IMG/VR virus record: IMGVR_UViG_2690315617_000001
Origin: an uncultured virus (IMG/VR IMGVR_UViG_2690315617_000001)
Lineage: Duplodnaviria > Heunggongvirae > Uroviricota > Caudoviricetes
Direction: 5' to 3' (one strand)
Length of the DNA: 20,000 bases
Within the stretch, counting starts at the first letter, position 1. Each line of letters starts with the position of its first letter. The notes below the pieces were generated by a model, which saw only the letters and a list, made by a program, of their open reading frames with translations, ran no database searches and was not told the DNA's origin. The position numbers were made by a program, and so were the translations under genes. Below, piece after piece: positions 1 through 7,244 of this stretch.

Positions 1-31
1 CCGCAGAGCACGCGGCCATGAAAGGCCCGCG

Positions 32-214
32 ATGAGCCGCGCACACCCGCACTACTTCCCCGACGACACGCCGGATCCGGTTGCCGAGTCTTGGGACTCC
101 ATCGGCGAGCTGCTGCAGCTAATCAAGGCGTGGCTCTGGGTCGCCGGTGGCTGCGGCTTGGCCGCCGCCTTTCTGGCCCTCTTCTTCCCTTCCGTTTTCA
201 ACCTCTTCCGCTGA
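32..214 (+). CDS. Small hypothetical membrane protein (60 aa)
   Basis: ORF with a hydrophobic C-terminal segment (AWLWVAGGCGLAAAFLALFFP), ending 10 nt before the bet start. Confidence 0.55.
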   Translation: MSRAHPHYFPDDTPDPVAESWDSIGELLQLIKAWLWVAGGCGLAAAFLALFFPSVFNLFR

Positions 215-224
215 AAGGTTTCCA

Positions 225-1247
225 GTGAGCAACGTTCTTGCCATCAACCAGCAGCCCGGCAGCGCACTCGCGCTGACCGAAGGCGAACTCATCGAGGTCT
301 TGCAATCCTCGCTCTATCCCGGTGCTTCGATTCCGTCGATCAAGATGGTCATCGGCTATTGCAAAGCCGCAGGCCTCGACCCGATGAAGAAGCCGGTCCA
401 CATCGTTCCGATGTGGGACAGCAAGGCCGGCCAGATGCGCGACGTCGTCATGCCCGGCGTTGGTCTGTACCGAACTGACGCGGCCCGCACGGGCAACTTC
501 GCCGGGCAGTCGGAGCCGGAGTTCGGTCCGATGGTCACCGAAAAGCTGGGCGGCGTCGAGGTCACCTATCCCGAGTGGGCGAAGGTCGTCGTAAAGAAGT
601 CCATGGCAGGGGGCTTCATCGCAGAGTTCACCGCGATCGAGTACTGGATCGAGAACTACGCGGTGAAGGGCGGCAAAGAGAAGTCAGTGGCCCCGAATTC
701 GATGTGGATGAAGCGGCCGCGCGGCCAGATCGCGAAGTGCGCCGCCGCGCAAGCGCTGCGCTTGGCGTTCCCCGAGGGCGGCGCTCAGCCGACGGCCGAG
801 GAGATGGAAGGAAAGTCAATCAACGACTTCCAGGGCACCACGATTGATGCCGACACCGGCGAGGTCACCAACGGCAAGGGCGCCGAAAAGAAGCCCACTC
901 TGCCCACCCAGGGCGACGAAGAGTTCGCCAAGAACATGGTGATCTGGACCAAGGTCATCAAGTCGGGCAAGAAGGACGTCGACGGCGTGCTCGCGACTGT
1001 CGCAACGGTCGCCACTCTGACCGAAGCCCAGATCGATGCGATCAAGAAGATTCCCGCCGAACTCGCGAAAGCCGCAGCACCTGCAGGTCCGACTTTCGCC
1101 CAGGTCGCCGATGCGCTTGCCAAGGCGCAGGACGAAGACGCCCTCAACGTCGCCGCCGACCTCATCAACGCCATCACCGACGAGCAGCAGCGCACCGAGT
1201 TGAGCGCGAAGTACGACGCGCGCCGCGCAGAGCTCAACGCCGAATAA
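225..1247 (+). CDS. bet: Phage recombination protein Bet/RecT-like single-strand annealing protein (about 340 aa)
   Basis: GTG at 225 after AAAGG. Motifs YCKAAGLDPMKKPVHIVPMW, GVGLYRTDAARTG and W..RPRGQIAKCAAAQALRLAFPE match Red-beta-type proteins. Directly followed by an exonuclease gene. Confidence 0.85.
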   Translation: MSNVLAINQQPGSALALTEGELIEVLQSSLYPGASIPSIKMVIGYCKAAGLDPMKKPVHIVPMWDSKAGQMRDVVMPGVGLYRTDAARTGNFAGQSEPEFGPMVTEKLGGVEVTYPEWAKVVVKKSMAGGFIAEFTAIEYWIENYAVKGGKEKSVAPNSMWMKRPRGQIAKCAAAQALRLAFPEGGAQPTAEEMEGKSINDFQGTTIDADTGEVTNGKGAEKKPTLPTQGDEEFAKNMVIWTKVIKSGKKDVDGVLATVATVATLTEAQIDAIKKIPAELAKAAAPAGPTFAQVADALAKAQDEDALNVAADLINAITDEQQRTELSAKYDARRAELNAE

Positions 1248-1258
1248 GGACCACTGTC

Positions 1259-2995
1259 ATGAAGACCCACGAACTCATTCAGGGCAGCGATGCCTGGGAC
1301 CAATTCCGCCTCACGCACTTCGGTGCCAGTGAAGCGGCCGCCATGCTCGGCCTGTCCAAGAAGACCACGCGCAACGAGCTGCTGCGTATGAAGAAGACGG
1401 GCATCGCGAAGGTTTTCAGCGACTGGGTGCAGAAGAACATTCTGGACCACGGGCATGCAGTCGAAGAGCCGGCCCGAAAGATCATGGAGGAGGTGATCGG
1501 CGAAACCCTCTACCCGGTCACCTGCTCGGACGGCGAAATCTCAGCATCGTGCGACGGCCTGACGATGGCCGAAGACGCCGCTTGGGAAAACAAGCAGTGG
1601 AACGAGGAGTACGCCGCGTTGGTCCGCGCTGGCCAGGTGCCCGAGGAGCACATGCCCCAGTGCCAGCAGGTGCTGATGGTCACGAAGGCGGAACGGCTCT
1701 ACTTCTCCATCTCGGACGGCACTCGCGAGCAGACGGTCTGGGTCAAGGTCTTGCCCGACGCGGCATGGTTCGATCGCATCCGCGCTGGCTGGCATCAATT
1801 TGCCACCGACCTCGCCACCTACACCCCAGGCGAGGTTGTCGCTGAAGTCGTCGGCCGCACGCCCGAGACGTTGCCAGCCCTGCGCATCGAAGTCACTGGC
1901 ATGGTGACGGCAAGCAACCTGGCGCAGTACCGCGAGCATGCGCTGGCAGTCTTTGCCGGCATCAACCGTGATCTGAAGACCGATCAGGACTTCGCCAATG
2001 CCGACAAGACGGTGAAATGGTGCGGAGAGGTCGAGAGCCGGCTGGCCGCCGCCAAGCAGCACGCGTTGAGTCAGACCGAGAGCATCGACGTCTTGTTCAA
2101 GACCATCGACGACATCACGGCCGAGGCGCGCTCCACGCGGCTCGAGCTGGACAAGCTGGTCAAGGCTCGCAAGGAAGCGCGCAAGGGCGAAATCGTCGCC
2201 GGCGGGGTCAAGGGCTTCTCCGATCACATCGCGGCACTGAATGCGCGCCTGGGCAAACCGTACATGCCTGCTGTGATGGTCGACTTCGGGGGCGCCATCA
2301 AAGGCATGCGCTCGTTCGACAGCATGCAGAACGCCGTCGACACCACGCTGGCCAACGCCAAGATCGCGGCCAGCGCCACGGCAGACCGCATCCAAACCAA
2401 TCTGACCACGCTGCGCGAACTGGCAGCCGACGCACCGCACCTGTTCCCCGACACGCAGGTGATCGTGCAGAAGGCACCAGAGGATCTCACCGCGCTCGTG
2501 AAGAACCGAATTGCCGAGCACCGCGCGGCCGAAGAGAAGAAGCTGGAAGCACAGCGCGAAAGCATCCGCCAGGAAGAACTGGCGCGCATCGAGCGCGAAG
2601 CGGAGGCCAAACGCCAGCTCATTGCCCGCGAACAGGCCGCCCAAGCTGCAGCTGCTGCTCCGGCGCCCGTCGCTTCCCCAATTACGACCTCCGCCGCTGC
2701 CACGCCGCCTGCGGCAACGCCAATTAGCGCCCCCGTCGCTGCGCCGGCGCCGACCGTGATCCCCATGCCAGTGCGCGCGGCCGCCGCGCCCGCCAGCGCA
2801 CCCACGCTGAGCATCGGCGCCATCAACGAGCGGCTGCAGCACTTCACCGTGACCGAGGCGGGTCTGCGCGGCCTAGGCTTCGAACCTGCCGGCCGCGAGC
2901 GCGCTGCGCCCCGGTACCACGAGAGCGAGTTCCCGCACGTTCTGGCCGCAATCGTGGCCCACGTGCAGGGCATCCAGGCCAAGCAGGCCGCCTGA
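1259..2995 (+). CDS. YqaJ/lambda-exonuclease-like viral recombinase nuclease with long coiled-coil and Ala/Pro-rich C-terminal extension (578 aa)
   Basis: QGSDAWDQFR, GASEAAAMLG, GHAVEE, SASCDGL, WENK and PQCQQVLMV are YqaJ-type PD-(D/E)xK motifs. RBS AAGGA; adjacent to bet. Confidence 0.85.
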   Translation: MKTHELIQGSDAWDQFRLTHFGASEAAAMLGLSKKTTRNELLRMKKTGIAKVFSDWVQKNILDHGHAVEEPARKIMEEVIGETLYPVTCSDGEISASCDGLTMAEDAAWENKQWNEEYAALVRAGQVPEEHMPQCQQVLMVTKAERLYFSISDGTREQTVWVKVLPDAAWFDRIRAGWHQFATDLATYTPGEVVAEVVGRTPETLPALRIEVTGMVTASNLAQYREHALAVFAGINRDLKTDQDFANADKTVKWCGEVESRLAAAKQHALSQTESIDVLFKTIDDITAEARSTRLELDKLVKARKEARKGEIVAGGVKGFSDHIAALNARLGKPYMPAVMVDFGGAIKGMRSFDSMQNAVDTTLANAKIAASATADRIQTNLTTLRELAADAPHLFPDTQVIVQKAPEDLTALVKNRIAEHRAAEEKKLEAQRESIRQEELARIEREAEAKRQLIAREQAAQAAAAAPAPVASPITTSAAATPPAATPISAPVAAPAPTVIPMPVRAAAAPASAPTLSIGAINERLQHFTVTEAGLRGLGFEPAGRERAAPRYHESEFPHVLAAIVAHVQGIQAKQAA

Positions 2996-3007
2996 CTGGA
3001 GACCAGC

Positions 3008-3886
3008 ATGGGACGAGAACTCAAACGCGTGCCGCTCGACTTCGCTCACCCGCTTAACACGGTCTGGCCGGGCTATCTGAACCCTCACTATGTCGCGGTG
3101 GCATGCGCGCACTGTGGAGGCACCGGTTCCTCGCCGGAGGCACTTCACCTCAAGGCTCAGTGGTACGGCAATGGCGCGGCCTTCAGGCCAGAGGACCGTG
3201 GAAGCAAGCCCTTCACGGCCGACCATCCGGCAGTCTTGCGCTGTGCTGCCCGCAATGTTGCCCATGCGCCGGAGTACTACGGTTCCGGCGAACTGGCGAT
3301 TCAGCAGGAGTCCGGCCGTTTGGCCGCCTACTTCAATCGCGGCTGGTGCCACCACCTCAATGCCGCTGACATTGCGGCGCTGATCGAAGCCGACCGTCTC
3401 CACGACTTCACCAGCGAATTTCAGCCGGGCACTGGATGGGTAAAGCGCGATCCCATTCCCGAGATCACCCCAGAGCAGGTCAACGCGTGGAGCCTGTCCG
3501 GTTTCGGACACGACAGCATCAATCAGTGGATCGTCGTGGAAGCCGAATGCAAGCGCCGTGGTTTCGCCTACTCCTGCGCGCACTGCGACGGCCAGGGTGA
3601 TCTCTGGCCCTCCGCTGAGGCAGAAGCGCTCTACGAGGCGTGGAGCCGCAGCGAACCGCCAACCGGCGAGGGCTTCCAGATTTGGGAGACGGTCAGCGAA
3701 GGCTCGCCGATCTCTCCCGTCTTCGCAACACCTGAAGAACTTGCGCTGCACATGGCCGCCACCTCGTGGGGCGCTGACAAGGGCACGCCGTACGCAACGT
3801 GGCTGAAGTTCATTCAGGGCCCCGGCTGGGCACCCTCTCTCATCGCCGACGACCTCGGCGTCCGCACTGGCGTCCAAGCCGCCTGA
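3008..3886 (+). CDS. Hypothetical phage protein with two CxxCxGxG (DnaJ-type zinc-binding) motifs (292 aa)
   Basis: GGAG RBS; CAHCGGTG (3104-3127) and CAHCDGQG (3575-3598); fits the operon spacing. Confidence 0.75.
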   Translation: MGRELKRVPLDFAHPLNTVWPGYLNPHYVAVACAHCGGTGSSPEALHLKAQWYGNGAAFRPEDRGSKPFTADHPAVLRCAARNVAHAPEYYGSGELAIQQESGRLAAYFNRGWCHHLNAADIAALIEADRLHDFTSEFQPGTGWVKRDPIPEITPEQVNAWSLSGFGHDSINQWIVVEAECKRRGFAYSCAHCDGQGDLWPSAEAEALYEAWSRSEPPTGEGFQIWETVSEGSPISPVFATPEELALHMAATSWGADKGTPYATWLKFIQGPGWAPSLIADDLGVRTGVQAA

Positions 3887-3916
3887 CCACCCACCCGCAA
3901 CTACAGGAGCACCACC

Positions 3917-4201
3917 ATGCCCAAGACCTACGCGGCTCCGGCCGCTTTCTCCGAAAAGCCGTTCATCGCCATTCCGATGACGCCCGTGGAATCCCGCCAA
4001 GTCGCCGCCGTCGGCTACGACGCCGCGCGCAAGACGTTGGCCGTGACCTTCAAGCGCGGTCCCGGCCACATCTACCACTACCCCGATTGCGACGCGAAGC
4101 TGCACGCCGACTTCATGGCGGCCGATTCGAAGGGCGTGTTCTTCACCGAACGCATCAAGCCGCTGGCCTTCGACAAGTTCCCCGCGCCGGTCGCAGCCTG
4201 A
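3917..4201 (+). CDS. KTSC domain protein (94 aa)
   Basis: MTPVESRQVAAVGYD...LAVTFKRG...YHY......FMAADSKGVFFTERIK fits the KTSC pattern; AGGAG RBS. Confidence 0.85.
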   Translation: MPKTYAAPAAFSEKPFIAIPMTPVESRQVAAVGYDAARKTLAVTFKRGPGHIYHYPDCDAKLHADFMAADSKGVFFTERIKPLAFDKFPAPVAA

Positions 4202-4209
4202 CCACTTTT

Positions 4210-4290
4210 AGGGTATTCCAGCCGGCTGATCCCTCCTCGTCTGATCCCTGTGTTTTCGGCTGGTACCGCGTAAGCGGCGCCCTCTTTCTT
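4210..4290 (+). promoter_or_regulatory. Candidate structured RNA element (three-way junction) followed by a pyrimidine tract, upstream of the DGR
   Basis: Complementary segments 4210-4214/4279-4283 and 4218-4224/4257-4263; CCGC-GTAA-GCGG hairpin at 4266-4277; direct repeat CTGATCCCT at 4226 and 4241. Confidence 0.35.
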
Positions 4291-4314
4291 TCCCTCAACC
4301 AACTGGAGCTATCC

Positions 4315-4926
4315 ATGAACGCTGACAAACCCAACATCCTTGTCCCCGCCGAACACGGGGCGCCCTTCGAGGGCGGCTTCTACGGCGGCCAGATCCGCAT
4401 CGGCGAAGGCATCTTCGCTGTCGTCTGGGCACCGAAGGCCGACGGCGACATCAAGGGCCTCTGGCTGCCGAGCTACACGCAGATGCCCAACACCGACAGC
4501 TTCTACGACAGCATGGCGAACACCGTGGCGATGGCCGCGGCGGGCAGCCCCATCGCACAGCAGGCGCTGGCCGCCGAGATCGCAGGACACAAGGACTGGT
4601 GCATCCCCGCACGCGACGTGCTGGAACTGGGCTATCGCTACCTGAAGCCCACTGACGAAGAGAACTACGCCTACGAAGACGGCGAGAACACGAGCAGCGT
4701 TCCTGCGGGCGATGCGTACACCGAGGCGCTTCCCGCGCAAACCAGCGTCGAGGCCTTCCGCAAGGGTGGCGCCGAGGCGTTCGAAGAGGCCTGGTACTGG
4801 AGCAGCACGCAGGCTTCCAGCTACCGCGCCTGGCTTCAGTACTTCTACTACGGCCACCAGAGCAACATCAGCAAGAAGTTCGAAGGCCGCGCCCGCCTCG
4901 TTCGCTTGATTCAGCTCAACGCTTGA
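4315..4926 (+). CDS. DGR target protein 1, DUF1566/Lcl-like C-type-lectin-fold protein (203 aa)
   Basis: ATG 4315 after GGAG (the ORF-track start at 3799 is an over-extension). DWCIPARDVL and WYWSSTQ...AW.Q.F..G.Q....K....RARLVR motifs; C-terminus encoded by VR1. Confidence 0.9.
   Translation: MNADKPNILVPAEHGAPFEGGFYGGQIRIGEGIFAVVWAPKADGDIKGLWLPSYTQMPNTDSFYDSMANTVAMAAAGSPIAQQALAAEIAGHKDWCIPARDVLELGYRYLKPTDEENYAYEDGENTSSVPAGDAYTEALPAQTSVEAFRKGGAEAFEEAWYWSSTQASSYRAWLQYFYYGHQSNISKKFEGRARLVRLIQLNA
4807..4905 (+). repeat. DGR variable repeat VR1
   Basis: 99-nt ungapped match to TR 6020-6118 with 12 mismatches, all at TR adenines within AAC/AAT codons. Confidence 0.97.
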
Positions 4927-4952
4927 GTCCTTCAATCCTTTCAGGAGTCACC

Positions 4953-5462
4953 ATGGCCATCACCCAAGAGACCATCCAAGAAGAGACGAAGAAGCTGGGC
5001 GAAATGATCGCCCGCTTCGAATCCATCGGCGTCAACGTCGGCGACGCCAAGGTATGGGCCGAACGCCTGCTCGCCAAGCTGAACGCAAGTGCAGCCACCG
5101 TCCTCAGCGTCCCCGGCATCGAGATCACGCTAGCGCCAGGCGAGCGCTATGCGGGCCTTCTCCTCAACGAAGAGGGCAAGCCGAGTCACCACCTGGTGCT
5201 GCTGCCCGGCGAGTTCGAGGACGTGAGCTGGGACGCCGCGAAGAGCGCAGCAGAGAAGGCTGGCGGCGAGCTCCCATCCAGACGCGAGCAGTCCCTGCTC
5301 TTCGCCAACCTGAAGAGCGAGTTCAAGGCTGCCTGGTACTGGTCGAGTGAGCAGGCTTCCAGCGACGGCGCCTGGACTCAGTACTTCGACGACGGCTACC
5401 AGAGCACCGGCATCAAGAAGTTCGAAGGCCGCGCCCGCCTCGTTCGCAGATTGTTTCTTTGA
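4953..5462 (+). CDS. DGR target protein 2, DUF1566/Lcl-like C-type-lectin-fold protein (169 aa)
   Basis: ATG 4953 after AGGAG. WDAAKSAAEKAGGELPSRREQSLL and WYWSSEQ...RARLVRR motifs; C-terminus encoded by VR2. Confidence 0.9.
   Translation: MAITQETIQEETKKLGEMIARFESIGVNVGDAKVWAERLLAKLNASAATVLSVPGIEITLAPGERYAGLLLNEEGKPSHHLVLLPGEFEDVSWDAAKSAAEKAGGELPSRREQSLLFANLKSEFKAAWYWSSEQASSDGAWTQYFDDGYQSTGIKKFEGRARLVRRLFL
5351..5452 (+). repeat. DGR variable repeat VR2
   Basis: 102-nt ungapped match to TR 6022-6123 with 13 mismatches, all at TR adenines. Confidence 0.97.
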
Positions 5463-5481
5463 CCCTTTAGCACTTTGAGTC

Positions 5482-5847
5482 ATGGCCCTGCACACCGAAC
5501 TGCCGATCTACAAGAAGGGATGCGAGCTCGTCTCGCTCGCCTTCCACGTCCAGAAAGAGATGCCGCGTGGCTTCAAGAACTCTCTGGGCGAGAAGATCAC
5601 CGGACACTGCACCGAGATGGTCAACCTGATGGCGCTCGCAAATGCGACGCGCGGGCACGACCGGGCGGCACACATCCGAGATCTGCTGCAGCGCCAGCAC
5701 GCAGCCACTGTGCTGCTGCGGGTTTGCCACGACAGCCGGTTCATCTCGACCAAGCTGTGGTCCCAGTCCGTGCAGTTGCTCGACAACATCGGAAAGCAGG
5801 GCGGCGGATGGCTCAAAGTCTCCAACGTAACGGCGCCTGCAGCATGA
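5482..5847 (+). CDS. avd: DGR accessory variability determinant (Avd-like four-helix-bundle protein, 121 aa)
   Basis: LPIYKK...MPRGFKNSLGEKI...IGKQGGGWLK pattern of Avd/four-helix-bundle proteins; canonical position between targets and TR. Confidence 0.88.
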   Translation: MALHTELPIYKKGCELVSLAFHVQKEMPRGFKNSLGEKITGHCTEMVNLMALANATRGHDRAAHIRDLLQRQHAATVLLRVCHDSRFISTKLWSQSVQLLDNIGKQGGGWLKVSNVTAPAA

Positions 5848-7235
5848 CGGTCAAGGCCCCCATGCCCGTGCGCAATTTGAATCTGGTCGCGCCGCTGCCC
5901 CACGAGGGCACCGCCATGCGCATCACAGATACCGCTGCCAGTGTGCAGGCCTGGTCTGGCGCAGTTTCCCCGCTGATCGGTTTCGACCTTCGGCAGGGCG
6001 ATGTAGATAGCACGAACCAACGCAGGCTTCCAGCAACAACGCCTGGAATCAGAACTTCAACAACGGCAACCAGAACAACAACAACAAGAAGTTCGAAGGC
6101 CGCGCCCGCCTCGTTCGCAGATTCATATCCGTTTTCCTTCGAAGAACTGGTGCAGGCCTATCTGGACTGCCGCAAGAGCAAGCGCAACACAGCCAGCGCG
6201 CTCGCCTTTGAAAGCCAGCTCGAGCGCAATCTCTGCGCTCTGTATGAAGAACTGACCAGCGGCGCGTGGCGCCCTGGTCGGTCGATCTGCTTCGTCATCA
6301 CGCGGCCGAAGCCGCGCGAGGTCTGGGCTGCGGACTTCCGGGACCGCATCGTCCATCACCTCCTTTACAACCGCATCGCTCGGCGCTTCCACGCGAGCTT
6401 TGTTCATTCGAGCAGCGCATGCATCCCAGGTCGCGGCACGCTGTACGCCGCCATGCTGCTGGAACGCGATGTCCGCAGCGTCACCCAGAACTGGAGCCGG
6501 CCGGCCTTCTACCTGAAGTGCGACCTGGCGAACTTCTTCGTGGCCATCGACAAGGTCACGCTTCGCGACCAGCTGGCGCGCAAGGTACACGAGCCGTTCT
6601 GGCTGGCGCTGGCCGAGACCATCCTATTCCACGATCCGCGCGAAGACCACGAGTTACGGGGTCGTGCCGAATTACTGGCACGTGTGCCGGCGCACAAGAG
6701 TCTCTTCAACGCGCCAGCGCATACCGGCCTGCCCATCGGCAACCTCAGCAGCCAGTTCTTCGCCAATGTGCACCTCGACGCGCTGGACCAGTTCGCGAAG
6801 CACCAGCTGCGCGCCACCCGGTATGTGCGCTACGTCGACGACTTCATCCTGCTGCACGAGTCGTCGCAGTGGCTGCGCCAAGCGCATGACCGCATTGCTG
6901 CCTTCCTGCCCGAACGCCTCGGCGCGCGGTTGAACCCCAGCAAGACCATCCTGCAGCCGGTTGACCGCGGCATCGACTTCGTCGGGCATGTCATCAAGCC
7001 ATGGCGCCGCACCACGCGGCCGCGCACGGTGGCCACGGCCTTGCACCGCATCGAGACGTTGCCAGCCGCTGATCTATTCGCCACCGGCAACAGCTACCTC
7101 GGGCTGATGCGCCAAGCCGGCAACAGCCATCAGGACCAGGTCGCCGTCGGCCGCGCGCTGCTGAAGCGCGGGCATGCCATCGATGGCGGTTTGACCAAGA
7201 TTTTCCGCAAGAAACCCCTCCCCCTCACCGCTTGA
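5844..7235 (+). CDS. DGR reverse transcriptase (start uncertain: ATG 5844, 5862 or 5916, or GTG 6150)
   Basis: KPREVWAADFRDRIVHH, YLKCDLANFFVAID, GLPIGNLSSQFFAN, YVRYVDDF (YVDD at 6831-6842) and GIDFVGH motifs. The conserved core starts at about 6135. Confidence 0.95.
   Translation: MTVKAPMPVRNLNLVAPLPHEGTAMRITDTAASVQAWSGAVSPLIGFDLRQGDVDSTNQRRLPATTPGIRTSTTATRTTTTRSSKAAPASFADSYPFSFEELVQAYLDCRKSKRNTASALAFESQLERNLCALYEELTSGAWRPGRSICFVITRPKPREVWAADFRDRIVHHLLYNRIARRFHASFVHSSSACIPGRGTLYAAMLLERDVRSVTQNWSRPAFYLKCDLANFFVAIDKVTLRDQLARKVHEPFWLALAETILFHDPREDHELRGRAELLARVPAHKSLFNAPAHTGLPIGNLSSQFFANVHLDALDQFAKHQLRATRYVRYVDDFILLHESSQWLRQAHDRIAAFLPERLGARLNPSKTILQPVDRGIDFVGHVIKPWRRTTRPRTVATALHRIETLPAADLFATGNSYLGLMRQAGNSHQDQVAVGRALLKRGHAIDGGLTKIFRKKPLPLTA
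6020..6123 (+). repeat. DGR template repeat (TR), part of the DGR template RNA
   Basis: Adenine-rich master copy (11 AAC/AAT triplets in the target reading frame) of VR1 and VR2, between avd and the RT core. Confidence 0.97.
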
Positions 7236-7244
7236 AAGGTACTC

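Larger units (their letters stand above)
4315..7235 (+). mobile_element. Diversity-generating retroelement (DGR): target1(VR1)-target2(VR2)-avd-TR-RT
   Basis: Three copies of a roughly 100-bp repeat whose differences are confined to adenines of the copy at 6020-6123; adjacent Avd-like gene and an RT with the DGR-type GLPIGNLSSQ and YVDD motifs. Confidence 0.97.

Noticed and set aside
147..224. ORF-track start of bet at 147
   Set aside because: It overlaps the upstream gene; GTG 225 has an RBS and Bet-like sequence begins after it.
2630..2810. Ala/Pro-rich low-complexity stretch in the exonuclease gene
   Set aside because: Ordinary flexible linker with no nucleotide-level repeat unit.
785..4105. 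Long minus-strand ORFs (785-1456, 1541-2842, 2224-3024, 2873-4105)
   Set aside because: Antisense shadows of well-supported GC-rich + strand genes, with no recognisable motifs.
4226..4277. Hammerhead ribozyme suggested by CTGAT in a three-way junction
   Set aside because: The CUGANGA and GAAA core elements are absent.
3799..4314. ORF-track N-terminal extension of target 1 (375 aa)
   Set aside because: It overlaps the KTSC gene and the intergenic structure and reads as off-frame Arg-rich text; the RBS supports ATG 4315.
5475..5843. 586-aa RT starting at 5475
   Set aside because: This part overlaps avd in another frame and has no RT-like sequence.
4807..6123. Three roughly 100-bp repeats as a CRISPR array or simple duplication; AAC runs as a microsatellite
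   Set aside because: There is no repeat-spacer periodicity, and the adenine-restricted mismatches are fully explained by TR/VR.
5844..7235. RT as a group II intron, retron or Abi-type RT
   Set aside because: It has the DGR-type IGNLSSQ motif, no evident maturase or endonuclease extension, and an adjacent avd and TR/VR set with A-only mismatches.
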